The notes under the pieces are model-generated. The model made no database searches, was not told where the DNA came from, and saw nothing but the letters and a program-made list of their open reading frames with translations. A stretch of 53,836 nt of DNA, taken from Neocallimastix sp. 'constans'. Its lineage: Eukaryota. A program made the translations under genes and the position numbers. The stretch covers positions 558,001 through 611,836 of the forward strand of contig JBODTK010000100.1 in the NCBI GenBank assembly GCA_050613775.1, read 5' to 3'. This document shows, piece by piece, positions 1-12,030 of the stretch (position 1 is the stretch's first letter; every line of letters starts with the position of its first letter).

Positions 1-389
1 AAACAAATAATAAAATAAAACATTTTAGTATAAAATTATATTATTTTCGTGTCATTATATATTTATCAGAATATATTATTTTGTTATCATTCCCTACTGT
101 TATACTGTCATTCCTAAATAAAAATAAAATATTTAGATACTGGTATTTTATAAATATCACGTATCATTTTTTGTAAGAATATAGATTTATTTCTTATAAA
201 ATAATCTATCTTCTTATTTAATTAATTCATATTTCATTTATATTTCAATATTTATTAACATATAAAAAATATGTTAATTTATCCAAATTAATATATTGAA
301 AAATAATGAAAACAAATTTGTTGTAATGTATTCATTACTTAAAAATATTATTTATATTTTATTATTTCAATTAGTTGATAATTTATAAG

Positions 390-960
390 ATTTTAGTAAT
401 CGGTTAATTAATTTTTTCCCCAATATTATTATGATTGGGTTTTTATTAATTAATACGATGATTAATATATTAGAATATTAATCGAAGTTATTCAGGTTTT
501 TCTACTAATCTTTTCCTGAATATCAATTTGTTAAGATTAGATACCTTTATTTCATTGCTAACTTTATCTTATCTATTTCATTTATTTAATAATTACATCT
601 ATTTAATAATTTCATCTATTAAAATAATTATAAATAAAAAAGTATAAAACAACTCAAATTTCTTTGATTAAAGAAATTAGAGTTATTATTATATAATAAA
701 TTAAAAGAAATAAAGTCTTTTTGTTTATATCTATATTTAGTGTTTATAATAAACTCTATATAAAGTTAAGTATAAATTTTTATATTTAAAAATATTAATA
801 ATCTAGTTATAGTTAGTATATTATAAATAGATTATTACATTTTTAATACAGAATGAACAAATAATACTAATTGTGCTAGAATAATATAAATTATTCTAAC
901 CTTATAGATTATTCTATTCTATATAATTGGAACTTTCCAATATTCTTCAAATATTACTAA
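390..960. repeat. Diverged copy of the repeat unit that forms the arms of the 1640-3830 inverted repeat (same orientation as the right arm, no LTR insertion)
   Basis: Colinear matches to 2700-3960: AATCGGTTAATTAA, AGGTTTTTCTA..CTAATCTTTTCCT, ATTTGTTAAGATTAGA, AGAGTTATTATTATA, GAATGAACAAATAAT. Boundaries approximate. Confidence 0.7.
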
Positions 961-1639
961 ATAGAAATCTTAAGTTAATAAATCACCAATTAACTTATAA
1001 TTCCTTTTTGAATTATCGATCCGATTCCATTATAATGTATTAAAAATCTTTAGCCAAGAATATTGTCCTTGCCCACTTAATATATTAATATTTTATTTCT
1101 TTTGTAATATGTTATATTGAAAATAATCAAATCTATTTAATTAGTTATTAAAATTTTCATTATCAATTTAAATCTATTTTTAATTACTAAATTTAACTAA
1201 ACCACAATAAAATATTCTGTATAATCTCTTTATTTTTATTTTATATATATTAATATTAAACTATTATTAAATAATTAATAATTCAATAATATATAACTAT
1301 TATTTATAACAATAATATTATTAACTAAAATAATAATTCAATTTCAATTTAAATGTTTCATTTATAAAAATAATTAGTAATTAGTTTATTAAAAAAATAG
1401 TTAGGCTTTACAAATTTTAATTTGATAAAAAAATATAAATACATGTAATCTTTAGTGAAATAAAATATAATCAATAACTTACTTTTATTAAATAAATAAT
1501 TATATTATTATTATTATTTTTCTCTTATTAAATTTAAATAAATATTGATTTTAAAACAAATTATTTTTTTTTATTGTAATTTTATTATTTGTGTTAATTA
1601 TTATTATATTCCTAAAACTATATGAACCATACCATTTTC

Positions 1640-3830
1640 TTGTAATAATTTAATTATAAGATTAATTATAATTAAATTATTAATTGCAACTTAATAATAA
1701 CTTAATAAAAATTATTATTAAATTGAGACAAATATAAAAAAGTTTTATACTTATCTTAATATTGGGAGTTTATTATAACTAATTATAATAAACAATTAGC
1801 AAAAGTAACACAGATTTGTTGTAAGAAGAATATTTTATTTTTATATTTTATTTTTTATTTTAAAATTTATTTTTATTAATAACTATCTTTATCTAAAAAA
1901 AAATATAAATATTTAATATTGTTATTATGTTTGATATATAATAATTGTTATATTATAATCGTTATAATAATAACTCTTGATTTCTCAAAGAGAACTCAAG
2001 AGCCTTATTTATATTTTTTTGAAAAATAAGGTTAATTAAAAAAATGTTTTCTAATCTTAATAAATCTCTTATCTAGGAAAAGATTAGAAAGAAAAACCTA
2101 GATAATATTTTTTGATCGATATTCTATACATATCGATCATCTTATCAATTAGGTAAAACCAATTACTTTAAAAAGTGATTGGGAAAACCCTAATTAACCG
2201 ATTTGCTAGTCTAATCTAATTGATCGAAAATAAAAGAATAAAATAATAAAAAATATTTCGACCATAAATTCATAAATTTACAAATAAGGAAAATAACATA
2301 ATAATGATATTAATAAACAAAATACAGAATACATTATTAATTACATATTAGAATACATAATATATTTGTTTACAATTTAATTAAATAAATAAACTAAGAC
2401 TAATAAATTAATAATTAAATGTATAATTAAATAATTAAATAAACTATAATTATTTATAAATGTATAAATAATAATTAATTAAATAAATTTTAAATAATAT
2501 ATTTACAATATATTAATTTCTCTACTGTATCTAATGTATTCTGTATTATATTGTATTCTGTATTTTATAATGTATTCTGTATTATATTGTATTCTGTATT
2601 TTATTAACTATTTAATTTTATATTTTTTTTATAAGGATAAATTATATGATCGAAATATCTTTTATTATTTTATTCTTTTATTTTCGATCAATTAGATTAG
2701 ATTGGAAAATCGGTTAATTAAGATTTTTCCCAATTACTTTTTAGAAGTAATCGGTATTACTTAATTAATGCGATGATCGATATGGATAGTGTAAAGATTT
2801 AATAAATCTTTAATACATTAAATAGCTTAATTTTTCGTACAATTAATTTATTTAATGTATATGAATTATTTTTTAATATAAATTTTATTAATTATTTTTT
2901 AAATTGAAAATATTTTTTAATTAGTTTAGTTAACCTAGTTTAGTTTTAAATAGTTAAATATTAATTTAGGAATAATCTTAAATAGTTAATATTTATAAAA
3001 ATAGTTTTTCAATATTAAATATATAATTAAAATTATTATAAGTATTAAAATAATAAATAAAATAAAGAGTTTAAAAAATTAATTTTAGTTTTAGTAAATT
3101 AATAAATAATAAAAATTATTAATTAAAAAATCTTTTGTTTGTGAATAAATAGTTTTATATATATTATTAAATATCATCGTATATTAATAATGTAATAAGA
3201 AAAAATATAAATACATGTAATTTTTCTTAATTAAATCGATGTATTAGTTATTAACTATTTTACAATTAATAACATAAGAGAAGTTTATAATTAATAAAAG
3301 AAATTATTAATAAAAGAAATTACTTTAATTCTATTTGTTTAAATTGTAGTGTTTTTTATTGTTATAATCTTTTTTTATTGACGGATTCATTACAGATAGA
3401 ATATCGATCGAAAACTTATCTAGGTTTTTCTATCTAATCTTTTCCTAGATAAAAGATTTGTTAAGATTAGAAAATCCTTTCTTATTTAACCTTATTTTCA
3501 TAAAAAAAATATAAATAAGGCTCTTGAGTTCTCTTTGAGAAATCAAGAGTTATTATTATAAAAAAAACATAGTTATAATAATAACAATTTATTTTTTTTA
3601 ACTTTAATAAATTAATAAAGTATTTTATTCAAAAACATATTTTTAAAATCAAATTTATACAAATAATTCTTCTTTTGCTTTTCGTGTTATTATTATAATT
3701 AATTTTATAATAAACTTTATAGGTAAAAGATTTATTTTATTTTATTTTCTATTTTCTCAACTTAATGAATTAGTCGTTAAGTTGTAGTTAATAATTCTGT
3801 TTTGAGTTAGTTCTTAATAAAATTATTACA
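1640..3830. repeat. Large imperfect inverted repeat (foldback-like); arms ~1640-2340 and ~2535-3830, right arm interrupted by a solo LTR
   Basis: 1965-2130 (TAACTCTTGATTTCTCAAAGAGAACTCAAGAGCCTTATTTATATTTTTTT) is the reverse complement of 3395-3560. 2130-2265 (CTAATCTAATTGATCGAAAATAAAAGAATAAAATAATAAA) is the reverse complement of 2645-2789. Weaker similarity extends outward. Confidence 0.85.
2790..3394. mobile_element. Solo LTR (605 bp) with 5-bp TSD GATAG
   Basis: Begins TGTAA and ends TTACA. Flanked by GATAG at 2785-2789 and 3395-3399. The homologous empty site is in the left arm (reverse complement of 2115-2140: GATGATCGATATGTATAGAATATCGATC). Confidence 0.8.
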
Positions 3831-5224
3831 ATTTTGTTAAGGAATGAACAAATAATGTTAATTTTATTATTTTTCATAAAAATAACTTAATCACTAAAAT
3901 TAAATTATTTATTTCCTTACTTGGAGAACTTTCTTATGTTCTATTACTGCCAAATTATTACTAATATTAAATTTATTATTAATATAAATTCTTTATCAAT
4001 ATCAATACTTTATTATTAAAATTAATACTATATTATTAATATCAATATTATTATCAATATCTAGTTTTATTAATATGATTTATTCAATCAATATTTGATT
4101 ATTAAAGAAAATCTTATTTTACAAATATTACTAATACAGATTATTTATTATTAATAAAAATTAATATAATTAATAATGATTTAAAAATATTTTACTTAAA
4201 TCCATGATCCTTGTCATTAAAATTAGTAATACTTCCTTCCAAAATATACCCTATTTATAATAATATTAATAATAAATAATAATCTAAAATACTTTTATTT
4301 AAAAATAGTATAAAATTAAGTAATACTCTATTACTAATAGTTCTGTAAAAGTAATAAAATTATTTGTAAAATATATTATCACTATAATTAATAATAAATA
4401 GTTTAGAATTTAATAATATATAATAATTATTTATTATAATAGAATAGATTATGAATTTATAATTTAAATACAATTCAAACATGTAACTCTAAAATATTCT
4501 AAAGAAATGGCTTGACCATTTCTAACGATAAAAAAAATATAAATAGATGAGAAAATTGTATTTTGAAAAATAGAAATAATCTTAAAGATATAATCTTATT
4601 CAAAAAATTAAATTATCTTTAGTTTTAATTGAATAATTTTTATTAAATAAATAAAAAAAAATATTTTAAAAAGATATATTTTAATTTTTAATTTTTTTTA
4701 TTTTAGTGTTTACTTCTATATATATTTATTATTAATCTATCCCGAACTTCAACATAAAAAGATGGAATTGAAAAAAGTTTAATTCCATCTTTAATTTTAT
4801 GTTACATTATAGATAGAGATACATCGTATTTTTTTTCAGGATGATTATGTGAACTATCATATTTTAAGATTTCTTTCTTATCATTTAAAATAATAAAAGA
4901 TTTACATTTATTTATTTTTTTTTTTATATTCGGTACATTTATAAACTTTGGAATTATCTTTTCTTATATATGAAAAATTAAATTTATATTTTTTTATTAA
5001 TAATAATTTGCTCTTTTCCTTTGTTAGACTCACTTACATAATAATTAGATTTTCTTCCATTTCTATGTTTTTATAAATATTTTTTAATTATATAATTAAA
5101 ATTTTTATATTAATTATCCAATATTATTCTTAATATTAATTTTGAAAATTTAGTTTTTCAATTATTTGTGAAAAAAATAAATAAATAAATAAAGAATGCA
5201 ATAATATAAGTTCAAGTATATAAA

Positions 5225-5925
5225 ATAAATAGTAGAATACAAATATTATTAAAGTACAGATTGAATGAAATAAAATAAAATAAAATAAAATAAATAGTTG
5301 AAATATAGATATAAAGTACATATTGAATAAAATAAAATAAAATAAATAGTAGTATATGAATATAAAGTACAGATTGAATAAAATAAAATAAAATAAAATA
5401 AAATAAATAGTAGAAATATAAATATAAAGTACAGATTGAATAAAATAAAATAAAATAAAATAAAATAAATAGTAGAAATATAAATATAAAGTACAGATTG
5501 AATAAAATAAAATAAAATAAAATAAATAGTAGAAATATAAATATGAAGTACAGATTGAATAAAATAAAATAAAATAAAATAAATAGTAGAAATATAAATA
5601 TAAAGTACAGATTGAATAAAATAAAATAAAATAAAATAAATAGTAGAAATATAAATATAAATTACAGATTGAATAAAATAAAATAAAATAAAATAAATAG
5701 TAGAAATATAAATATAAAGTACAGATTGAATAAAATAAAATAAAATAAATAGTAGAAATATAAATATAAAGTACAGATTGAATAAAATAAAATAAAATAA
5801 AATAAATAGTAGAAATATAAATATAAAGTACAGATTGAATAAAATAAAATAAAATAAAATAAATAGTAGAAATATAAATATAAAGTACAGATTGAATAAA
5901 ATAAAATAAAATAAAATAAAATAAA
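5225..5925. repeat. Minisatellite, ~12 copies of a ~52-62 bp unit AAGTACAGATTGAAT(AAAAT)nAAATAGTAGAAATATAAATATA
   Basis: Directly visible tandem array; unit length varies with the number of AAAAT pentamers. A diverged ~1.5-unit copy lies at ~40230-40320. Confidence 0.95.
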
Positions 5926-7670
5926 ACAGTTAAAAATAATGTATAAATATTATTAGTTATAATAATTATAATAATTTATATATATAGTTATTCAAATAAT
6001 TATTTTTAAAAGTAATTCTTTTATTATAATTAAAATAGATAATTTATATTATTAATGATTCTATTATTATGATATTAAATTAACTCATCATTATTATTAA
6101 GTTTTATTTTATATTTGAAATATTATTTTGAGAATTATATAGTTTTAGGAATTATATTATAAATATTGATAATTATATTTTATTTAAGTAATATATTTTA
6201 AATATTAATAGTTATATAATATTTAATTATAAAATTGTTTTTTTTTTTTTTTTTTTTTTTTTTTATTTATAAATAAAGTCATTAGTAAATTAATAGTTTA
6301 AGAGATATGTTTAATAAAAAAATGATATTAATTAATTATTTTAACAATTATATAAAATTAAGAAAATGTATTAATAAATATTTATACATGTAAAGATAAA
6401 TTAATAAAAATAAAGAATAAAATATTATTATAGAACATTATTATTATGAATTATTTTCTTATAATTTATTAGAATATATTATTATGTCATAATTCCTTAG
6501 AGAAACGACCAAATAAGTAAATAACTCGATATGGGATATTTTAAATGTTCTGTATCATTTATGGGGAATATTTCTTCATATTATTTACATTTTTTTTACT
6601 AAGATTTCAATTTTGTCACCGTTGAGATTATAACTGGATATTTTATTAATTTTTATATTAAATAACATATATTTATTGAAATTTAAATTTCAGAAAATTA
6701 TTATTATTAATTAAAACATTTTCAAAAATGACCTTTTCCCTATAGAATATTGAAGGGTTAAAATTGTAAAAAAAAAAAAAAAAAAAAAAAAATTAATTTC
6801 CATTTATTAATCCTTTCAGCAAAAATAGAAAAATCACTGAAATAACAGCCGAATCCTTAAAATTGGTACCATTAGAAGTAAAAGGATTTTTATGAAAAAA
6901 TTAATTTTTTAATATTTTCATAATTAATACTAATAATAATTAATAATTTTACTATTTTTTAATAATTACTTTACTTTTATTAAGAATATCGAATAATAAT
7001 ATTTAGAATTAAAATAATAACCACTGCTAATTATAAACCTTATTACTTATAAAATAATAATTATTAGTTATTAGATGGATCATCTAATTAAATATGATTT
7101 TTGAAATAATTATTTTTTTTAATAATTAGAAAATTAGTTAATAATAATTAATAAGAAATAATTATTAAATAAATAATAGTCTATTAGCAATAAATAGTAA
7201 TTAATTAGAAATAACTTTTAATTAACTACTTTATATATTTAATAATTACTTTAATAACTTTTAATAGTTTTTAGAATAGAAATTGTTTTTTACTTAATTA
7301 TAACTTAAGATTTAGACAATTAGATGACTAGTCAGTCATAATACAAATAATAATTAATTAGTTATATTAATAACAATTTATCTTTATAAATTAATAATAA
7401 TTTAAAAAGAATATAAAAAGAAATGAAGTAACGTTACTATTTAAATTTCTTTGTAAGATTATTTAACTTATAATTTTAGCTATTTTATCTTTTATTATTA
7501 CAAATAGAATAAAAGTTTTTAATAGAAATAAATTTTATAGCTTAAAAACTATTATATTGTCTAATAAACAAATATTTTGTAATATTATAATTGTTAAATT
7601 AATTATATACTTTCTCTATTATATTTTACAATAACTATCTGATATCTTGATCACCAGTTAAATTTAATAT

Positions 7671-7707
7671 AATAAAACAAAGAAGTAACATCTTTAAAAT
7701 AGATAGT
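7671..7707 (-). mobile_element. Short fragment of the family-A LINE ORF 3' end
   Basis: AATAAAACaaAGAAGTAACATCTTTAAAATAGATAGT matches the family-A copy at ~19616-19652 with two mismatches. Confidence 0.7.
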
Positions 7708-7711
7708 ATAA

Positions 7712-8211
7712 TGTCCATAAAGCGCTTCCCTTGAAAATAAAGAAAGATTCTCATTAAGAGAATTTACTCTCTATAGATTCTGTGAGCGGAACTAGACTAT
7801 TAGTATTTGTGTCTGAAATATATATAAATAGGACTACTAATAGTATTATTCTTAAGCCATATCAGTATGAGGTCAGCACTCTCAGTACTGAAGAATTTCT
7901 TATTAAAGTCGATTAAAAAGTAACTCAAAAGAGCTAGTATTTATGTAAGAATTGTTTTAGTAAGATAACGTACAAGCCCCAAATATATAACTGAGCAATA
8001 GACCCCTTTTTTGTAGTATAATTGTAAAACTGTAATTTGAATGAAATTGAAATAAATGAAGTTGAAAATTATTACTGAAAAAATTTTTATAATAATTTGT
8101 TTTTAAGCAATCTTTGTTGAATAAAACTAATATTAACTGATTGATAAATGTTAAACTTAAGTAAATAATTGATAAAATGATTAAATGTAAAATTGAATAG
8201 AATCATAAAAA

Positions 8212-8253
<42 letters not shown>
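7712..8253 (+). other. Unclassified element: hairpin-rich ~230 nt head, AT-rich body, A-rich tail at 8207-8253 (possible SINE-like element or orphan LINE leader)
   Basis: GC higher than flanks; stems CGCTT/GAGCG, GATTCTC/GAGAATT, ACTATTAGTA/TACTAATAGT, TCAGTA..TGAG/CTCA..TACTGA; G-U pairs favour the + strand. No TSD found. Confidence 0.35.
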
Positions 8254-8255
<2 letters not shown>

Positions 8256-8303
8256 AAACATGAAATAAGAAAAGCCTATATAAATATAGCATATTTATAT
8301 AAA

Positions 8304-11300
8304 GTTAAGTTTGGTATTTTGCAATACCTATCAAATAATAGCTCAAACGAACTACTTATGATAGGTATTGCACTTGTTAGGAATTCTGCCATGCCCACAA
8401 TTTTTGGAACAGGTGACTCAGATGAACCTTTGAAAAAGTAGTTCATTTAATTGTCTCTGTTCCCCACTATCGAAATGTAGCTCATTTAAAACTAAAGTCC
8501 CACCAAGAAGGAACAAGTATATATAATGATTGATATAATCTTCAAAATTAGAAATAGAGTCATAGGAAGAAAGAGGATTAAACGCTCTAATCTTCCTAAG
8601 GAATAAAACATAGAGATCATCGATGAAATTTAAAGAATTCCATCTAAAAGATGCAAGAGCATCGCATTTAAAAATCCAATGTTCAAAAGATTGTTTATCT
8701 TCGCCACAACAGGGGCAATACTTGGGACAATCTTCTGAAACTCTACCCATTCTAATAGCAATAGTAGTATTGTATTTATAACCACAGCGTAAACGAATAA
8801 TCCACGAAAACCCTAAGTTGAATTGGGGATATTTTAAACTAAGCATAATTATAGCTTTATTGTTTGAAAACTTATTACAATCGTAATTTTGACCTTTAAT
8901 ACCTTGAAATTTGGCAACTGATTTCCAGTAACGTTCTAAAATATCGTCATATTTTTCACATTTATATTTTTTGATTTTTTTATACAGTGTTCTAGATTCT
9001 TTAGTCCAGGAATAATAAGGCATTTTGGGAATAGATTTAATAAGATCCTTTATAATACAGTTTGATTTACTCCATTTTGCAAATGATTTAATCTGTAAGG
9101 CTGCGCAGACACCAGCAATAGGAGGAATGCTTAGATCTCGAGATAAAGCATAAGTACTCATAGTAGAATTATGTCTAATATAGTCATTGTCTTCTGAACT
9201 TGTTTTGCCATTTTTAGAGAAGGAGCCGATACACCAAAATAGACCAGTATTAATTAATGTTTGAATTCTGGCCGTTCTGGATTTGTTTGAACCAAATAAA
9301 GGAGAATAATAAATTACTTTACTAATAACAAAGGATTGAAGAACTTTTTTCTTGTATGCAATAGGGATAAGTTTATTTGAGAAGAAATGTGTAAATGAAA
9401 GAAGGGATTTTCTAACTTTAAAATGCATGTGAGATATAATGTGTTCTAGTAAGAGATCATCAGAAAAAGGAATACCAAGATAAATATAACTAGAAACTTT
9501 AGGAATAGCATTCATTCCTAAATAGAAGGTTGGGTCACTATAGTTTGGAGGAGATTGGAAGTTTATTGGTTTTATAACCATAGTTGCACATTTTTCAATA
9601 CCAAAAGTCATTTCATTTAAATTAGCCCATCTATGTACCTTTTTTAGTAATTTTTCTAAATTTTTTGCACTTGGAGCAATGAGAACAACATCATCAGCAA
9701 AGAGTCCACCACAACACTTTTTTCTTCCAATATTAACACCATACTTTTCACAGTCATTTAATCTATCATTGATGAATAAATTGAATAAGATCGGAGATAA
9801 TGGACAACCTTGACGAACACCTCTTTTAATAGGAAATTCATTTGATAACATTGAAGCAAATCGAGCACGAGCTTTAGATGAAGTATATAAATTACAAAGA
9901 AAATCAAAACATTTACCACGTACTCCATAATGATATAATTTAGTAAGAATGTTAAAAATAGGAACTGAATCATAAGCTTTTTTAAGATCTAAAAAGGCTA
10001 AATATGTGAATTTTCCTTGAAATTTTCTTCTTTGGCAAATTTCTCTAACGGAAATGAATAAACTAATGCATTCTTCACGATTACGAAAACCAAATTGTTC
10101 AGGTCTAATGAAATTATGTGAGAGTGCGTAAGTAGATATTCTATCCGTTATAATTTTTGAAATGATTTTCAGTCCAACATTAATGAGAGAAATACCTCGA
10201 TAATTACTACAATCTGATAGGTCACCTTTCTTAGGGATTGATACAATAGAAGCTGAGTTCCATTTTTTAGGAAAAGACCCATTCCATATTTTATTAAAAA
10301 TCAATTTAAGACACTTTCCAGCAGCAGGATGTGCTTCTAGTAATTCTTCATTGCAAAACAGAGCTTTGTAGAATTCAATCGGGATACCATCGGGGCCGGG
10401 TGCTTTGTTGTTTTTCATAGATGAAATAGTTTTTTTAATATCGTCAATCGTAATGGGATCGTTGATATTCCAGGTAGAGGATCTAAGACTAATATTCCTT
10501 AAAGCATGGATCCAGAAGTTACGATTAAGGCTGTGACCTGAGGGATCAGAAGCTAGATCTTTATAATATTCAGCCCATCTATCTAATTGTTTAGTAGGAG
10601 AGATAATATCTTGACCAAATTTAGATTTTATGCAAGTAGGGGAGGTAGATGAATACGATGGTTTAGCCATTTTTTTTAAACATCTCCATCCATTTTTGAA
10701 ATCTTTATTCAAAAAATAATTACCAATTTTTACTATATTGGCTTTAAATCTAGCAGAACGAAACTTGCTCTTTGTTTTCTTGATTAATTTGCAAAGTTTT
10801 TCATATTTATTAAATTGTTCAAGGTAATTATCAACTTTTTCACAGTTAAAGTAAGGCTTAATATTTCGAAATGCAATATGTTTTTCATGAGACAGTCTTT
10901 TAATGTAATAAGGACAATGAAAAGCAGAGCCCTTTAAATTTGTTGGAATGAAAGCCTTAATATCCTTCCCGATATTATTTGCTGTATTGATAAATTTTTC
11001 TACCATTTCATCAGCCATGAGCGAATTGTAATGAGAATCGAGGTCATTTGCTAAGATTGAAAAATAATTATGTGATAAAATATCTGAATTTTTTGTTTTA
11101 CAAATATGTGTAGACCATTTAGAAACTTTAGCAGGCCTTATAAAGCCATCGGAGAGAACTTTGTTGCAAGAAAGTATAATAGGTTTATGATCAGAAATAC
11201 TATAAAATGAAGTGCAAACCGAGGTTTTATTAAAATGAGCTGCCAAAGCCTCATTATAGATGACATGGTCATACAAGATGATCTAGTACCTTTGGCATAA

Positions 11301-11385
11301 GTAAATTTATTAACATATAAGGGAGCAATATACCAATTAGGAAAATTATTTGAAATGTATGTTTTGATCTTCTTTAATGATAAAT
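8304..11385 (-). pseudogene. Non-LTR retrotransposon family A, copy A1: end of APE endonuclease, RT and CCHC finger; truncated at both ends, two frameshifts
   Basis: ORF 8418-11276 has SDHKPI, KAPGPDGIP, NYRGISL, QFGFR, DLKKAYDSV, GVRQGCPLSP, FADD, YLG and CPCC-x8-H-x4-C. Frameshifts: apparent 1-nt deletion at ~11275 in SSC-I-DH, and an extra A at ~8435 relative to copy A2. No poly(A) tail. Confidence 0.93.
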
Positions 11386-11865
11386 CAGATTTACTAAAGA
11401 GGGCTTTAAAAAATTCAATCGGAATACCATCGGGTCCAGGTGCTTTATTATTTTTTATTTCAAGCACAGTGTTTTGAATTTCTTCCATAATAATAGAATC
11501 ATTAATATCCCAAGTAAGATTATTATTAGGATTAGTTCCAAATAAACTTACCCAGTATTCATTATCCAAACTGTGTTGAGTAACATCAGAAGCTAGTTCA
11601 CTGTAATGTTCAGCAAATCGATTTAATTGATCCGAATGAGAAAATAAAAAGTTACCCTGCTTGTCCTTTATTTTTTTTTTTTTTTTTTTTTTTTTTTAGA
11701 CAGGGAAGAGAATACACTTCCAAAACTTTATTAATTTTATTTTAAAAAATACATGTAGGTGAAAAGTACATTTGAAATTAAAAATAAAAAAATTAAAACT
11801 GCTTGTCCTTTAAAACACTTGACGAAATAGAATTAGAGTACATAGGGCGAGATAGCTTTTTTAAT
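11385..11865 (-). mobile_element. Internal fragment of a third LINE family (C): linker and start of RT, interrupted by a short family-A insertion
   Basis: After removing 11671-11812 it reads LKKLSRPMYSNSISSSVLKDKQGNFLFSHSDQLNRFAEHYSELASD...KNNKAPGPDGIPIEFFKALFSKSD, homologous to but distinct from A and B. Confidence 0.85.
11671..11798 (-). mobile_element. Severely 5'-truncated family-A insertion (poly(A) + ~100 nt of 3' UTR) with 14-bp TSD
   Basis: Poly(T) 11671-11697 then AGACAGGGAAGAGAATACACTTCC, as in the other A ends. TSD CTGCTTGTCCTTTA at 11657-11670 and 11799-11812. Confidence 0.93.
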
Positions 11866-11986
11866 AATTTTTCTAAATTTTTTGCACTTGGAGCAATGAG
11901 AACAACATCATCAGCAAAGAGTTCACCACAACATTTTTTTCTTCCAATATTAACACCATATTTTTCACAATCATTTAATATATCAT
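11860..11986 (-). mobile_element. Family-A RT fragment around the FADD motif
   Basis: Near-identical to ~9640-9768 and ~13725-13854; encodes DILNDCEKYGVNIGRKKCCGELFADDVVLIAPSAKNLEKLLKK. Confidence 0.9.
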
Positions 11987-11996
11987 ATCATCAATC

Positions 11997-11998
<2 letters not shown>

Positions 11999-12030
<32 letters not shown>

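Noticed and set aside
990..1460. Patchy similarity to the solo LTR (e.g. AAAAAATATAAATACATGTAAT)
   Set aside because: Matches are short, AT-rich and not colinear; cannot be supported without an alignment.
5225..5925. CRISPR-like periodic array
   Set aside because: No unique spacers (only AAAAT copy number varies), eukaryotic context, no cas genes.
8193..8441. Plus-strand ORF with poly-Lys
   Set aside because: Made of the A-run plus the antisense strand of LINE A1.
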